Origin: Dehalococcoidia bacterium
GTDB lineage: Bacteria > Chloroflexota > Dehalococcoidia > UBA2979
DNA length: 64,000 nucleotides
Assembly: GCA_963667465.2 (NCBI GenBank)
Contig: CAXXDN010000002.1
Span: 1 to 64,000, forward strand
Direction: 5' to 3'
The notes beneath the pieces were generated by a model. That model saw only the letters and a list, made by a program, of their open reading frames with translations. It did not search any database and was not told the origin of the DNA. The position numbers and the translations under genes are program-made. Positions within the stretch are counted from its first letter, which is position 1; the number at the start of each line of letters is the position of its first letter. This document shows, one piece after another, positions 48,198 to 58,539 of this stretch.

Positions 48198-48332
48198 ATG
48201 GCAAGCAAGACGGTATCCGTCTGGTACGACGACGACGGCGAGGTCAGCGGATTCCTCAGCCACGAGCCAAGCACCCTGAAGCAGCGGAGCCCCGTCGAGT
48301 TCGAACTGGCCCGGGAGGATTCCGCTACGTGA
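48198..48332 (+). pseudogene. Probable DUF2283 remnant (internal deletion)
   Basis: MASKTVSVWYD fused directly to DDGEVSGFL. Confidence 0.45.
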
Positions 48333-49533
48333 CCGTGATCGGGTGGGGGAGGGGCTGGTTGAAGAGGTAGCCCTTGTCGTTGAAGGGGACCTCCTCCGGC
48401 TGGGTCTCGCCCGAGGCGTCCGTGGCGCGGGTCATGATCGTGTGCTCGCCCGGCGCCGCGTCCCACTCGAACTCGAACTTCGCCCACGAGTAGTCGACCT
48501 GCGGGCCGGGCAGGTCCGCCTCGCTCCAGTTCGCGCCGCCGTCCGTACTCCACTCGACGCGCTCGATCGAGCCGTGGCCGGAATGCGCGTAGCCGTGGAG
48601 GCGGTGGACGCCCGCCGCGAGCTCGGCGGGCCAGGGCAGCGCGAGGGCGCTCTTGACGTTCTGCTCCTCGGCGATCTCGCCGACAGCCTCGCCCTCGGGC
48701 TCGTAGCGCGTGCCGATCATCACGTAGTGGGTGGTGTTGTTGCGCGTCCAGAGTTGCTCGCGCGAAACGACGATGCGGCCGAGCCACTTGATGCTGGTGG
48801 CTCCCACCCAGCCGGGCGCGATCGCGCGCAGCGGGAAGCCGTGGTCCTTCGGGAGCGTCTCGCCGTTCAGTTCGTAGGCGAGCAGCGTGTCCGGGTGCAG
48901 TGCCTTCTCGACCGGCACCACGCGCCGGAAGCCGCCCTCCGGGGCGTCGCTATCGAGGCCGACCAGCATCACGCAGACGGCGTCGTCGCGGACCCCGGCC
49001 AGCGTCAGCACGTCGCGCAGGGAGACGCCGGTCCACTCGCCGTTGGAGATGCCACCGGTACCCCACTGCGAGCCGGTGGTCAGCCAGCCGGCCAGCCGCT
49101 CGAACATCGCGCGCTGGTTGCCCGCGCACTCGAGGTAGGAGACGAACGTGCGCGAGGGGAGGCGGCGGATCTCGTCGTAGCCCAGCTCCAGCGGGCTGTC
49201 GATCCCGTCGCCCTCGATCGAGAGCCGCCAGTCCCCTGCGTCGACGTCGGTGCTCGCGGGCGAGTTGTTGCGCACGAAGAACAGCCGCGTCGGTGTGATC
49301 ACCTCGTCCATCAGTTCAAGGCGCGCCTCGAGGCTCGTATCGGCGTGCTCGTGGAACGGCTCAGTGTCCTTGAACCAGTGCGAGGGCTCGGCCGGTTCGT
49401 CGGGGTCGGCGCCACCTTCGAGGTCGATGCAGGCTACCAGCACGGCGGCCACGCCACCCGCAGCCATCAGTTCCAGGAAGCGGCGGCGAGTCATGCCGGA
49501 GGCGCTGGCGCGTCGCCAGAGCTCCCTGGACAT
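48325..49533 (-). CDS. Sulfite oxidase-family molybdoenzyme with Tat/lipoprotein signal
   Basis: TRRRFL...VAC, FFVRNN, LECAGN, HGFPLR..PGWVG..SIKWL. Confidence 0.9.
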   Translation of the reverse strand: MSRELWRRASASGMTRRRFLELMAAGGVAAVLVACIDLEGGADPDEPAEPSHWFKDTEPFHEHADTSLEARLELMDEVITPTRLFFVRNNSPASTDVDAGDWRLSIEGDGIDSPLELGYDEIRRLPSRTFVSYLECAGNQRAMFERLAGWLTTGSQWGTGGISNGEWTGVSLRDVLTLAGVRDDAVCVMLVGLDSDAPEGGFRRVVPVEKALHPDTLLAYELNGETLPKDHGFPLRAIAPGWVGATSIKWLGRIVVSREQLWTRNNTTHYVMIGTRYEPEGEAVGEIAEEQNVKSALALPWPAELAAGVHRLHGYAHSGHGSIERVEWSTDGGANWSEADLPGPQVDYSWAKFEFEWDAAPGEHTIMTRATDASGETQPEEVPFNDKGYLFNQPLPHPITVT

Positions 49534-49740
49534 CGCCTCGCCGCCCCTGTCTGTCGCGGCAGGATCGGGCGCGGTGACATCACGCCTCGAGGTCATGTAT
49601 TCCTCCGTGGCCTGGGAGCGGGTTCCCGCCGAGCGCCTGACGCCCCTGATGCTGGCGCACCGCGCCGCTCAGGGCAAGGCCCGCGGCTGCTGCCGCTCAC
49701 CGGGGGGACGCTCGATCTGCGAGCGGGCGTAGTTCCCGCC

Positions 49741-50550
49741 CTACAGCCCCTGCTCGGCGACGACCTCGATGTCGTAGAGGATGTTGCCCGTGTACGAGCC
49801 GGGCGGCTGCGAGCAGATCCAGACGGCCGACTTGCCGAGGTCGTGCGCGACCTCGACGTCGAGCAGCGGTTCGTCGGGGTCGTCGATGTTGCGCAGCAGG
49901 GCGACGCCGGGCGTGGTCACCTGGTGGTCCGGCGAGAGGCAGTTGAAGGAGATGTTGTCTCGCTGGTGCTCCAGCGCGAGCTGCTGGTTGAGGCGGTCGA
50001 GCGCGGCCTTGGTCGGGCCGTAGAGGTACGAGGTAGGGCGCCGCTCCTCGACGGGGTAGGGGCCGGGCGGGTAGTTGACCGCACCGCGCGAGGAGATGTT
50101 GATCACATGCCCGCCGCCGGCTGCCCGCAGGTGCGGGATCGCGTGGCGCATCAGCAGGATCGGACCACGCACGTTCACGTTGAGCATGAGGTCGATGTGC
50201 CGCTCCGCCATCGTCTCGATCATGCCGCGCGCCTGGACGGCGGCGTTGTTGACGAGGATGTCGAGGCGGCCGAACTGCGCGACTGTGTCCGCGATGCAGG
50301 CGCGGCAGCTCTCCGGGTCACGCATGTCGAGACGGATCGCGAACCCGGTGCCGCCCTCGTCCTCGATCTCCTTGACGACGTCATGGATCGTGACGGGCCA
50401 GCGCGGGTCTGTGACCTCGGCGCTGCGGGCGGCGATGACGGTGGTCGCGCCGGCGCGCGCGAGGTAGAGGGCGATGTCGTGGCCGATGCCGCGCGTCGCC
50501 CCCGCGACGATCGCGACCTTGCCCGCCAGCGGCTTGCCGTCTTCAGCCAT
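49741..50550 (-). CDS. Short-chain dehydrogenase/reductase
   Basis: AGATRGIG, NNAA, YGPTK. Confidence 0.88.
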   Translation of the reverse strand: MAEDGKPLAGKVAIVAGATRGIGHDIALYLARAGATTVIAARSAEVTDPRWPVTIHDVVKEIEDEGGTGFAIRLDMRDPESCRACIADTVAQFGRLDILVNNAAVQARGMIETMAERHIDLMLNVNVRGPILLMRHAIPHLRAAGGGHVINISSRGAVNYPPGPYPVEERRPTSYLYGPTKAALDRLNQQLALEHQRDNISFNCLSPDHQVTTPGVALLRNIDDPDEPLLDVEVAHDLGKSAVWICSQPPGSYTGNILYDIEVVAEQGL

Positions 50551-50686
50551 CACGCGCCCTCGATCCATCGTTCGCGGCATTTTCCCGGCACGGCATGTAG
50601 TCGCCCGGAACGCGCGCGCGAGCGTAACAGGATGCGCAGTAGCGAGCAGCGCCGGACGCCGGCGAGGGCGCCCGGCGCTCAGGCGG

Positions 50687-51400
50687 CTAGCCGGAACCCG
50701 TCAGTTCGGCGTCCTCGTTGACGAGCGCGATGCCGAGGAGCAGGTACCAGATCGTCGCGATCAGCAGGTAGAGGCCGTAGACGAGCACCAACTCCTGGGC
50801 GATGTCGTGCGCGAACTCCGCCACAACCATCGCCGCCAAACCCAGGATCGACGCCACGACCACGATCAGGGCGAGCCACTTGTGGTAGCCGCCGGCGAAC
50901 CGTTCGTAGAGGCCGAGCCCGAGTAGCAGCGTGCCCACCGCGCCGGCTGCCCAGACGCCGATGGTGATTCCGTAGCGGGTGGCTTGCAGACTCCAGGCGA
51001 GCGAATCCGCCCGCTCCGCGTCGATCCCCTCGAGGCCCCCGTGCTGAAGCACGTGGACGATCATCTGGTTCACGCCGGTGGCGGCAAGCAGGAGGGCGAT
51101 CGTGATCGCGAGAGCGACCACGCCGAACCGCACCATCGCGTCGCTCGCGCTCAGGCCCCTGGCCGTCCGGCTGATGGCGAGCAGTCCGAACAGGAGGAGC
51201 AGCCCCGCGGCCATGTTCATCAGCGACGAGAGGTTGTGCAGCCCGGCGTCCGAGGCCCGATCCTCGATCGTCTGGGCCATGTTCAGGCCCTCGAAGCTGT
51301 CCGTGGCGTAGCCAGGCGTGATTGCGGCTCCCACGACCACGAGTACGGCCGCCACGATCATCGCCCACCCGGCGAGCCTGGTCGCCGACATCTCACCCAT
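50687..51400 (-). CDS. Multi-TM membrane protein, paralog 1
   Basis: About 6 TM segments; shares motifs with 51595-52311. Confidence 0.75.
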   Translation of the reverse strand: MGEMSATRLAGWAMIVAAVLVVVGAAITPGYATDSFEGLNMAQTIEDRASDAGLHNLSSLMNMAAGLLLLFGLLAISRTARGLSASDAMVRFGVVALAITIALLLAATGVNQMIVHVLQHGGLEGIDAERADSLAWSLQATRYGITIGVWAAGAVGTLLLGLGLYERFAGGYHKWLALIVVVASILGLAAMVVAEFAHDIAQELVLVYGLYLLIATIWYLLLGIALVNEDAELTGSG

Positions 51401-51444
51401 CGCTGACCTCCATCCGTTGTCCCTCGCGCCGTTGTCCCTCGTGT

Positions 51445-51473
51445 CACGATAGCGGCGCGGGGATCTCTGTCAA
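51445..51473 (-). promoter_or_regulatory. Sigma70-like promoter TTGACA-17-TATCGT
   Basis: Consensus -35 and near-consensus -10 upstream of paralog 1. Confidence 0.6.
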
Positions 51474-51594
51474 TAGACACAGAGCGGTCTGCTACCGGGC
51501 CGGAGCCCCCTCCATGGAGTCTCGAATCGGCGGCAGGAACCTGATGGGGTTCAGCCGCGCAAGGCGCCGCCGTGCCGCCGAGGCGCCCGGGGTG

Positions 51595-52311
51595 CTACGC
51601 GGACGGCGCCAGATCGCTGTCCTCGTTGACGAGCGCGACGCCCAGCAGCAGGTACCAGATCGCCATGACCAGCAGGTAGAGCCCGAAGGCGACGACCAGC
51701 ACCTCGGTGAGGTCGTGTGCGAACTCCGCCAGCACGGCCCCAACGAACGCGAGAGCCGACACCACCGCCGCGAGCAGGGAAACCCACTTCTGGTAGCCGG
51801 GCGCGAACTTCGCGTACAGGCCGAGCCCGAGTGCGAGCGTGCCGAGCGTCCCGGTAATCCAGAGCGCGATGGTCAGCGCGTACCGGCCGCCCTGCAGCGC
51901 GAGGGCGACCGCCTCCGCCTGATCGCCGTCCATCCCCTCGAGTCCACCGTGTTGGAGCACGTGAACGATCATCTTGTTCAGTCCGTGGCCCGCGATCGAG
52001 AAGATGATGGCCACGGCGATGATCACCACGCCGAACCGCACCAGGAGGTCCGGTACCGTCTCCTGCTGGGCCGCCCGCCGGATGGTCAGCAGACCGAGCA
52101 AGAGCAGGAGCCCTCCTCCGATGCTCAGGAGCGACGAGATGTTGTGCAGCTCGCTGTCCGAGGTCCGAACATCGATTGACTTTGCGATATCCAGCGATTC
52201 CAGGCTGTCGCTGGCGTAACTGGGCACTATAAGTGTGGCGACGATCACGAGGACTGCCGCCGCGATCATCGCCCAGCCGGAGAGCCTGCTCACCGTCCAC
52301 TCACTCACCAC
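51595..52311 (-). CDS. Multi-TM membrane protein, paralog 2
   Basis: RLSGWAMI, MIVHVLQHGGLEG, AEFAHD, IWYLLLG.ALVNED shared with paralog 1. Confidence 0.75.
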   Translation of the reverse strand: MVSEWTVSRLSGWAMIAAAVLVIVATLIVPSYASDSLESLDIAKSIDVRTSDSELHNISSLLSIGGGLLLLLGLLTIRRAAQQETVPDLLVRFGVVIIAVAIIFSIAGHGLNKMIVHVLQHGGLEGMDGDQAEAVALALQGGRYALTIALWITGTLGTLALGLGLYAKFAPGYQKWVSLLAAVVSALAFVGAVLAEFAHDLTEVLVVAFGLYLLVMAIWYLLLGVALVNEDSDLAPSA

Positions 52312-52344
52312 ACACCTCCAGTACGGTAACGCGCTCGTAGCGTC

Positions 52345-52372
52345 ACGGTAGGCGCACGGGTATTGCTGTCAA
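52345..52372 (-). promoter_or_regulatory. Sigma70-like promoter TTGACA-16-TACCGT
   Basis: Upstream of paralog 2, equivalent to the paralog 1 promoter. Confidence 0.5.
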
Positions 52373-52419
52373 GGAACATCGGGAGTAATTGGGAGTCCGT
52401 ATCGACTCGAGTGCGGCGT

Positions 52420-52640
52420 TCCCATGAACTCTCCAGGACCGGCAGGGTCCGCTCCGGCGCCGCCTCGGCGAGGAAGCGGCCGCAATCCTCGAACGTCAGC
52501 GCGCGAGCCTCCGGCAACTCGGCCTGCCAGCGTTCGAGTTCCTGCCGGCGGAACGCGATGTCCGTGAAGCCCCGGAGGAGCAGCGCGGGCTTGCCCGTGA
52601 ACGCCTGACGCTCGTCCCGGATCGAGTGCAGCCAGTCGCT
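52420..52640 (-). pseudogene. C-terminal remnant of a haloalkane dehalogenase-like alpha/beta hydrolase
   Basis: DWL...KPALLLRGFTDIAFRRQELERW...EDCGRFLAEAAPE; no N-terminus, catalytic His position reads R. Confidence 0.6.
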
Positions 52641-52653
52641 CGCGCGCCGGTCC

Positions 52654-53838
52654 CTACGCCGCGACCGTCGCGCCGTCGCGGATGCGCAGCTCGCCGTCCT
52701 GCAGCAGGTGGCGGATGCGCCGTGTGGCGCCGAGGTCGGCGAGCGGGTCACCGTCGAGCACCAGCAGGTCGGCGCGGCGGCCGGGCCGCACCGTGCCGAG
52801 CTCGGCCTCGAGGCCGAGCACGCGTGCGCCTTGTAGCGTGGCGGCCTGGATCGCCTCGTGCGCCGTCATCCCGAGGCCGGCGAGCTGGGCGATCTCCTCG
52901 TGCAGTGCGTCGGGGCCGGTGAAGGGGCTGCCCATGTCCGTGCCGGCCGCCAGCGGCACGCCCGCGCGCCAGGCGGCGGTGATGCTCTCGCGATGCGCCG
53001 CGGCCACCTCGTGCGCGCGCTCCACCGTCTCCGCACCGAGCACGTCGCCCGCCGCCTCGATGACGATCTTGATCACCGCCAGCGTCGGCACGATGCAGGC
53101 GCCGCGCTCCAGCAACTCGCCGATCAGCTCCTCCGTGAGGAACGAGGCGTGCTCGACGGTGTCGACGCCTCCGAGCACGGCGTTGCGGATGCTGGGCGCG
53201 CCGTGGGCGTGGGCGGCGACGGTCTTGCCCTCGGCGTGCGCCATGAGCGTGACGATGCGCACCTCGCGCTCGTTGAACTGCTCCGTGTTGGGGCCATGGC
53301 CGGTCCCGATCACGCCACCCGAGACCATCAGCTTGAGCAGGTCCGCCCCGGCGTCGAGTTGCTCGCGAGCCGCCCGGCGCACCCCGTCCTCGCCCTCGGC
53401 GAGCGCGCCGACGTGCCAGCCGTGGCCGCCCGGCGCGGTCAGCCAGGCGCCGGCCGCGTAGATGCGCGGCCCGGGCGTCAGCCCGTCCGCGATCGCGTCG
53501 CGCAGCCCGAGGATCACCGGGGCCACGCCGCCGACGTCGCGCGCCGTCGTCACGCCGGCGGCGAGCAGTTGTCCGGCGCGCCTCGCCGAGTCGATCGCCT
53601 GGTAGCTGTGCGGCCGTTCGCTGCCGTGTTCGAGCGCCTGCGGAGTCGCGTCGAGGCTGAGGTGCGTGTGCGCGTCGATCAGTCCCGGGATCGCCGTCGC
53701 GCCCCCCGCGTCGAGCTCCGGCTCGTCCCCGCCGAGGGCGACGCCGATCTCGGCGAAGCGCCCGTCGCGCACGCGCACGTCGACGCCCTCGAGCAGCGCG
53801 CCCATCCCGTCGAGCAGGCGCAGGTTGCGGATCAGCAC
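52654..53838 (-). CDS. Amidohydrolase (prolidase-like)
   Basis: PGLIDAHTH, KLMVSGG, AHAHG, VEHAS, AGTD. Confidence 0.9.
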   Translation of the reverse strand: MLIRNLRLLDGMGALLEGVDVRVRDGRFAEIGVALGGDEPELDAGGATAIPGLIDAHTHLSLDATPQALEHGSERPHSYQAIDSARRAGQLLAAGVTTARDVGGVAPVILGLRDAIADGLTPGPRIYAAGAWLTAPGGHGWHVGALAEGEDGVRRAAREQLDAGADLLKLMVSGGVIGTGHGPNTEQFNEREVRIVTLMAHAEGKTVAAHAHGAPSIRNAVLGGVDTVEHASFLTEELIGELLERGACIVPTLAVIKIVIEAAGDVLGAETVERAHEVAAAHRESITAAWRAGVPLAAGTDMGSPFTGPDALHEEIAQLAGLGMTAHEAIQAATLQGARVLGLEAELGTVRPGRRADLLVLDGDPLADLGATRRIRHLLQDGELRIRDGATVAA

Positions 53839-53925
53839 GGGCGCCTCCGGATTCGCCGTGTTCGTTGACGAGGCGTTTGGTTAGTCATACGCTTAGCCAA
53901 GCGTCCGGCATGCAGGGATTCAACG

Positions 53926-54195
53926 ATGGTAACGGTGAACGTCCACGAAGCGAAGACGCACCTCTCACGGCTCCTCGCCCAGGTGGAGGATGGCGAGGAG
54001 GTGGTCATCGCCCGCAACGGGACTCCAGTGGCGCGGCTGGTGCAAGTCCGCACCGCGCGGGGCACGCCGCAGTTCGGCTCCTGGAAGGGCCGTCTGACCC
54101 TGGATGACAGCTTCTTCGACCCTCTCCCTCCCGAGGAACTGGCAGCGTGGGAGGGCGCCTACGACACGGTGGAACTGGCCGAGGAGGAGACGTAG
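53926..54195 (+). CDS. Phd/YefM antitoxin
   Basis: VNVHEAKTHLSRLL, GEEVVIARNGTPVARL. Confidence 0.92.
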   Translation: MVTVNVHEAKTHLSRLLAQVEDGEEVVIARNGTPVARLVQVRTARGTPQFGSWKGRLTLDDSFFDPLPPEELAAWEGAYDTVELAEEET

Positions 54196-54198
54196 CGA

Positions 54199-54585
54199 TT
54201 GCGCCTCCTGCTCGATACTCACGCGCTCGTCTGGTGGCTCGAGGGCAGTTCCCGACTGTCGGTAGGCGCCCGCCGGGCGATCGCCGACCCCCTGAACGAG
54301 AAGCTCGTCAGTGCCGCATCCGCGTGGGAGATCACGACGAAGCATCGGCTCGGCAAGCTCCCCGGCGCCGACGAGTTCGCGAGCGAGATCCCGTGGGCGA
54401 TCGCCGACGAGGGATTCGAGGAGTTACCGATTACCGTCGATGAAGCCGCCCGCGCCGGCGCGCTGCCGGGTCCCCTCGGCGATCCCTTCGACAGGATGCT
54501 GATCGCGCAGGCGCTCTCCCGTAACCTGACGGTCGTGTCCATCGACTCGATCTTCGACAGGTACGGTGTCCGCCGCCTCTGGTGA
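54199..54585 (+). CDS. vapC: VapC PIN toxin
   Basis: LLLDTHALVW, SAASAWEI, DPFDRMLIAQA. Confidence 0.92.
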   Translation: MRLLLDTHALVWWLEGSSRLSVGARRAIADPLNEKLVSAASAWEITTKHRLGKLPGADEFASEIPWAIADEGFEELPITVDEAARAGALPGPLGDPFDRMLIAQALSRNLTVVSIDSIFDRYGVRRLW

Positions 54586-54725
54586 GCCCGGTCGCGCCTG
54601 CTGTACCGGACTTCGAGGTCGAGAGCGAGATCATGCTCGACAATGCGGCGGCCATAGCGAAGTGTGCGGGACTGATCGGCGGCCCGGTGTCGCCGCAAGG
54701 GAGCCGCAAGGGAGAGGATCCGAAC

Positions 54726-55793
54726 GTGAAAGTGTTCACCGGCTACGGCGAGGTCTGGCTGGGCGATGTCAAAGAGCAGGTGCAGCGCGCCGAGGAAGCC
54801 GGCTTCGACGGCGTCGCCACGGGCGAGCTGAAGCACAACTCGATCCTCGCGCTCACGCTCGCCGCCGAGTACACCGAGCGCATCGAGCTCGCGACCAGCG
54901 TCACCATCGCCTTCCCGCGCAGCCCCTATGTCATGGCGCAGACCGCCTGGGATCTCCAGGAGTTCAGCAAGGGCCGCATCAACCTCGGCCTTGGGAGCCA
55001 GGTGAAGGGGCACAACGTGCGGCGCTTCGCGGGGGAGTGGACACCGCCCGCCCGGCGCATGGAGGGCTACATCGGGATGATGCGCGCCGTCTGGCGCTCC
55101 TGGCAGGAGGGCGAGCGGCCCCGCTTTCACAGCGACGACTACAACTACACGCTGCTGCCGCCGGCCTTCAGCCCCGGCCCGATCGACTACCCGTACCCGA
55201 AGATCTCGCTCGCCTGCGTCGGTCCGAGGATGGCGGAAGCCGCCGGCTACTGCGCCGACGGCCTCCTGCCTCACGGCTTCATGACCGAGAAGTATCTGCG
55301 CGAGACCGTGCTGCCGGCCGTCAGAAAGGGCGCGGACCGCGCCGGCCGCTCTCCAGATGACATCAGCATCGCCGTCGGCGGCTTCAATGCCTTCGGCGAG
55401 ACGGACTCGGAGGTCGAGCAGGCGATCGAGGCGCTGCGCCGGCCGATCTCCTTCTACGGCTCCACCCGCTCCTACCACGGCGTGTTCCGCGCGCATGGCC
55501 TCGAGTCACTCGGTATGCAGCTCCACGAGCTCTCGCTGAAGGGCGAGTGGGACAAGATGTACGAGGCGGTCAACTTCGAGGTCGCCCTCGAGATGGCGAA
55601 CGCCAGCACCTACGACAACCTCCCGAGGTACGCGCGCGAGCACCTGGACTACGCCGACCGCATCAGCCTCCCGATGCCGAGCAGGCGCGAGCGCGCCGGC
55701 ACCTACGGCGGGGACGACAGCGGTGATGCGAAGGCGCCGGCTCCCAGCGCGGAGCGGCTGCAGTGGCTGATGAAGGAGCTGCGCGAGATCTAG
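54726..55793 (+). CDS. F420-dependent LLM-class oxidoreductase (TIGR03617-like)
   Basis: IAFPRSP, LGLGSQVKGHNVRRF, FYGSTRSY. Confidence 0.88.
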   Translation: MKVFTGYGEVWLGDVKEQVQRAEEAGFDGVATGELKHNSILALTLAAEYTERIELATSVTIAFPRSPYVMAQTAWDLQEFSKGRINLGLGSQVKGHNVRRFAGEWTPPARRMEGYIGMMRAVWRSWQEGERPRFHSDDYNYTLLPPAFSPGPIDYPYPKISLACVGPRMAEAAGYCADGLLPHGFMTEKYLRETVLPAVRKGADRAGRSPDDISIAVGGFNAFGETDSEVEQAIEALRRPISFYGSTRSYHGVFRAHGLESLGMQLHELSLKGEWDKMYEAVNFEVALEMANASTYDNLPRYAREHLDYADRISLPMPSRRERAGTYGGDDSGDAKAPAPSAERLQWLMKELREI

Positions 55794-55806
55794 CCGCGGC
55801 CCCCGC

Positions 55807-58122
55807 TCACGCAGCCCTGCGCGGCAGCAGCGAGTTGGCCATCACGGAGAGCGAGCTGAAGGCCATTGCGGCGGCGGCGACGATCGGGTTGAGAAACCCG
55901 TGATCGCCGAAGATGGGCGTCAGGGCCGCTGGGACCGAGCCGCCCTCGAAGAGCAGGTAGCCGAGGCCAGCCGCCACCGGGATCAGCAGCACGTTGTAGG
56001 CGAACGCCCAGACGAGGTTCTGGCGCAGCGTGCGCACCGTGGAGCGGCTCAGCGCGATCGCGGCGGCGACACCTCGAGGGTCTGCGCGCAGCAGGGCGAC
56101 GCTCGCCGCGCCGAGCGCCGCGTCCGCGCCGCCGCCGATCGCGATGCCGACGTCCGCCTGCGCGAGCGCCGGCGCGTCGTTGATGCCGTCGCCGACCATC
56201 GCGACGACGCGGCCCTCGGCCTGCAGCGCGCGCACTGCCTCCGCCTTGTCCGCGGGCGTCGCGCCCGCGACGACGCGCCCGATGCCGGCCTGTGCCGCAA
56301 TCGCCTCCCCTGCCTCGATGCGGTCGCCGGTCAGCAGCGCGACATCGAGGCCGAGGGCGTGGAGCCGCGCGACCGCCTCGGCGGCGTCCGCGCGCAGCCG
56401 GTCCGCGACGCCGAGCACGCCCGCCGCCTCGCCGTCGATCGCGACGGCGATCGGCGTCTCGCCGCGCGCGGCGGCTGCCTCGAAGTCGCTCGCCAGCCCG
56501 TCGGCGGGCGCGCCCCGCGAGGCCAGGAGCTCAAGGCTGCCAGCGGCGACCGCGCGGCCCTCGACGATGGCGACGATGCCGCGGCCCGGCTCGGCCTCCA
56601 GCGCGTCCGGCTGGCCGAGCGCCAGCCCGCGGCGCGCCGCCTCGCGCTCGATCGCGCCGGCGAGCGGGTGCTCCGAGCCGCGCTCCGCCGTTGCGAGCAG
56701 GCGCAACAGCTCGTCCTCCTCGACGCCGGGCGCGGCGGCGATCGAGGCGACCTCGGGCTGGCCCTCGGTCAGTGTCCCGGTCTTGTCGAGCAGCACGGTG
56801 TCGACGCGCCTCGCCAGTTCGAGGGCGGAGGCGTCGCGGATCAGCAGCCCCGCTCGTGCGCCGCGCCCGATGCCGACCATGATCGCCGTCGGCGTGGCGA
56901 GGCCGAGCGCGCAGGGGCAGGCCACGATCAGCACCGTGACCGCGTTGATCAGCGCGAAGGTCAGCGCCGGCGCCGGTCCGAACATCCACCACAGCCCGAG
57001 CGTGAGCAGCGCGACGGCGATCACCACCGGCACGAAGAGGGCGGCGACGCGATCGACCAGCGCCTGGATCGGCGCCTTCGAGCCCTGCGCCTGTTCGACC
57101 AGCGCGATAATCCTCGCCAGCGCCGAGTCCGCGCCGACGGCGGTCGCGCGCACGCGCAACGCGCCCGTCGTGTTCTGCGTCGCGCCGAACACCAGGTCGC
57201 CCTCCCGCTTCGCTGTCGGCAGCGACTCGCCGGTCAGCATCGACTCGTCAACCGCCGAGGCGCCCGCGACGACCGCGCCATCGACGGGCAGTTGCTCGCC
57301 GGGGCGGACGATGACGATGTCGCCCGGCTGCACCGCGGCGATCGGAATCTCGTACTCCTCGCCGCCTTCGAGGACGCGCGCGAGCCTCGGGCGCAGCGCG
57401 ATCAGGCTGCGCAGCGCCTCGGCCGACTTCGCCTTCGCGCGCGCCTCCAGCAGCCGCCCGACGAGCACGAGCGCGACGATCGCCGCGGCCGTGTCGAAGT
57501 AGACATTCGGCTCCAGGCCGGCAGCGCCCTCGAACAGGCCCGGCGCGAAGGTCGCCAGCAGCGAGTAGCCGTAGGCCGCCGAGGTGCCGAGCGAGATCAG
57601 CGTGTCCATTGTCGCGAGGCCGTGGCGGGCCGCGCGCAATGCCGCGGCGTGGATGCGCCATGCCGCCCAGAGCTGCACGGGGGTGGCGAGGGCGAAGAAG
57701 AGCGGATGCCAGACGCGCTCGGACACGCCCTCGAGGCCGGGCAGTCGCGTCCAGCCCATCGCCGAGACGAGCACGATCGCCACCGCCGCGGCGAGCAGCG
57801 CCCGCCTGCGCAGCGCCGCCTGCTCTGCGCGGCGCTCCGCCTCGAGGGGGTCGCCGTCCGACTCGTCGTCGCGGTCGCCGGGCAGGCGTACCTCGTAGCC
57901 GGAACGCGTGACCGCCTCGCGCAGCGCCGCCAGCGGCGCGCCGCTCGCAGCGACCGTCGCCGACTCTGTCGCGAGGTTCACGCTCGCCGACTCGACGCCG
58001 GGGACGGAGGCGAGCGCGTTCTCGACGCGGCGCACGCAGGAGGCGCAGTGCATGCCGCGGATCGGGAGCTGCAGCTCCCCCGTCGTGGGCTCCGGGCCCG
58101 CCGTCTGCTGGTCGGTCGTCAT
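55807..58122 (-). CDS. copA: Cu(I)-translocating P1B-ATPase
   Basis: GMHCASC HMA domain, [36 protein letters not shown]. Confidence 0.95.
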   Translation of the reverse strand: MTTDQQTAGPEPTTGELQLPIRGMHCASCVRRVENALASVPGVESASVNLATESATVAASGAPLAALREAVTRSGYEVRLPGDRDDESDGDPLEAERRAEQAALRRRALLAAAVAIVLVSAMGWTRLPGLEGVSERVWHPLFFALATPVQLWAAWRIHAAALRAARHGLATMDTLISLGTSAAYGYSLLATFAPGLFEGAAGLEPNVYFDTAAAIVALVLVGRLLEARAKAKSAEALRSLIALRPRLARVLEGGEEYEIPIAAVQPGDIVIVRPGEQLPVDGAVVAGASAVDESMLTGESLPTAKREGDLVFGATQNTTGALRVRATAVGADSALARIIALVEQAQGSKAPIQALVDRVAALFVPVVIAVALLTLGLWWMFGPAPALTFALINAVTVLIVACPCALGLATPTAIMVGIGRGARAGLLIRDASALELARRVDTVLLDKTGTLTEGQPEVASIAAAPGVEEDELLRLLATAERGSEHPLAGAIEREAARRGLALGQPDALEAEPGRGIVAIVEGRAVAAGSLELLASRGAPADGLASDFEAAAARGETPIAVAIDGEAAGVLGVADRLRADAAEAVARLHALGLDVALLTGDRIEAGEAIAAQAGIGRVVAGATPADKAEAVRALQAEGRVVAMVGDGINDAPALAQADVGIAIGGGADAALGAASVALLRADPRGVAAAIALSRSTVRTLRQNLVWAFAYNVLLIPVAAGLGYLLFEGGSVPAALTPIFGDHGFLNPIVAAAAMAFSSLSVMANSLLPRRAA

Positions 58123-58522
58123 ACCTCGGACCTCGCGCCTGTGCTGCGTGCCGGAACCAACCCGCCCACGCCGGCCGCCGGAGGGAGGGCGTCGACCATG
58201 AGGGTCAGGCACTTCACGCTGCCGCCCGCCTTGCTGAACTCATCGGTGGGCGTCCCAATCGCCTCGTAGCGCGTTCGGCGAGGGCGCGCGCCGTCTCCGG
58301 ACAGCCGCTGTTCAGCACCCACCCGCTTGCCGGCCACCAGGCGTTGCAGGCGAAGCGCAGCGACTCCTCGGGCGCGACCGCGATCAGGTCGGCGAAGCGC
58401 GTGGCCGACTCCGTGCGCCCTGCCGGTGTGAAGACCGCCGGCTCGTACAGCGCATGCCCCTGCAGCGGCTCGCACACCAACATGCGCCGCGTCACCGCTG
58501 CGGCCTGTGGCTCGGTCGTCAC
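58119..58522 (-). pseudogene. Amidinotransferase/dimethylargininase-like remnant
   Basis: RRMLVCEP...GHALYEPAVF...RFACNA, then frameshift to [14 protein letters not shown]; central part missing. Confidence 0.7.
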
Positions 58523-58539
58523 GCCCTGGACCTCACGCG

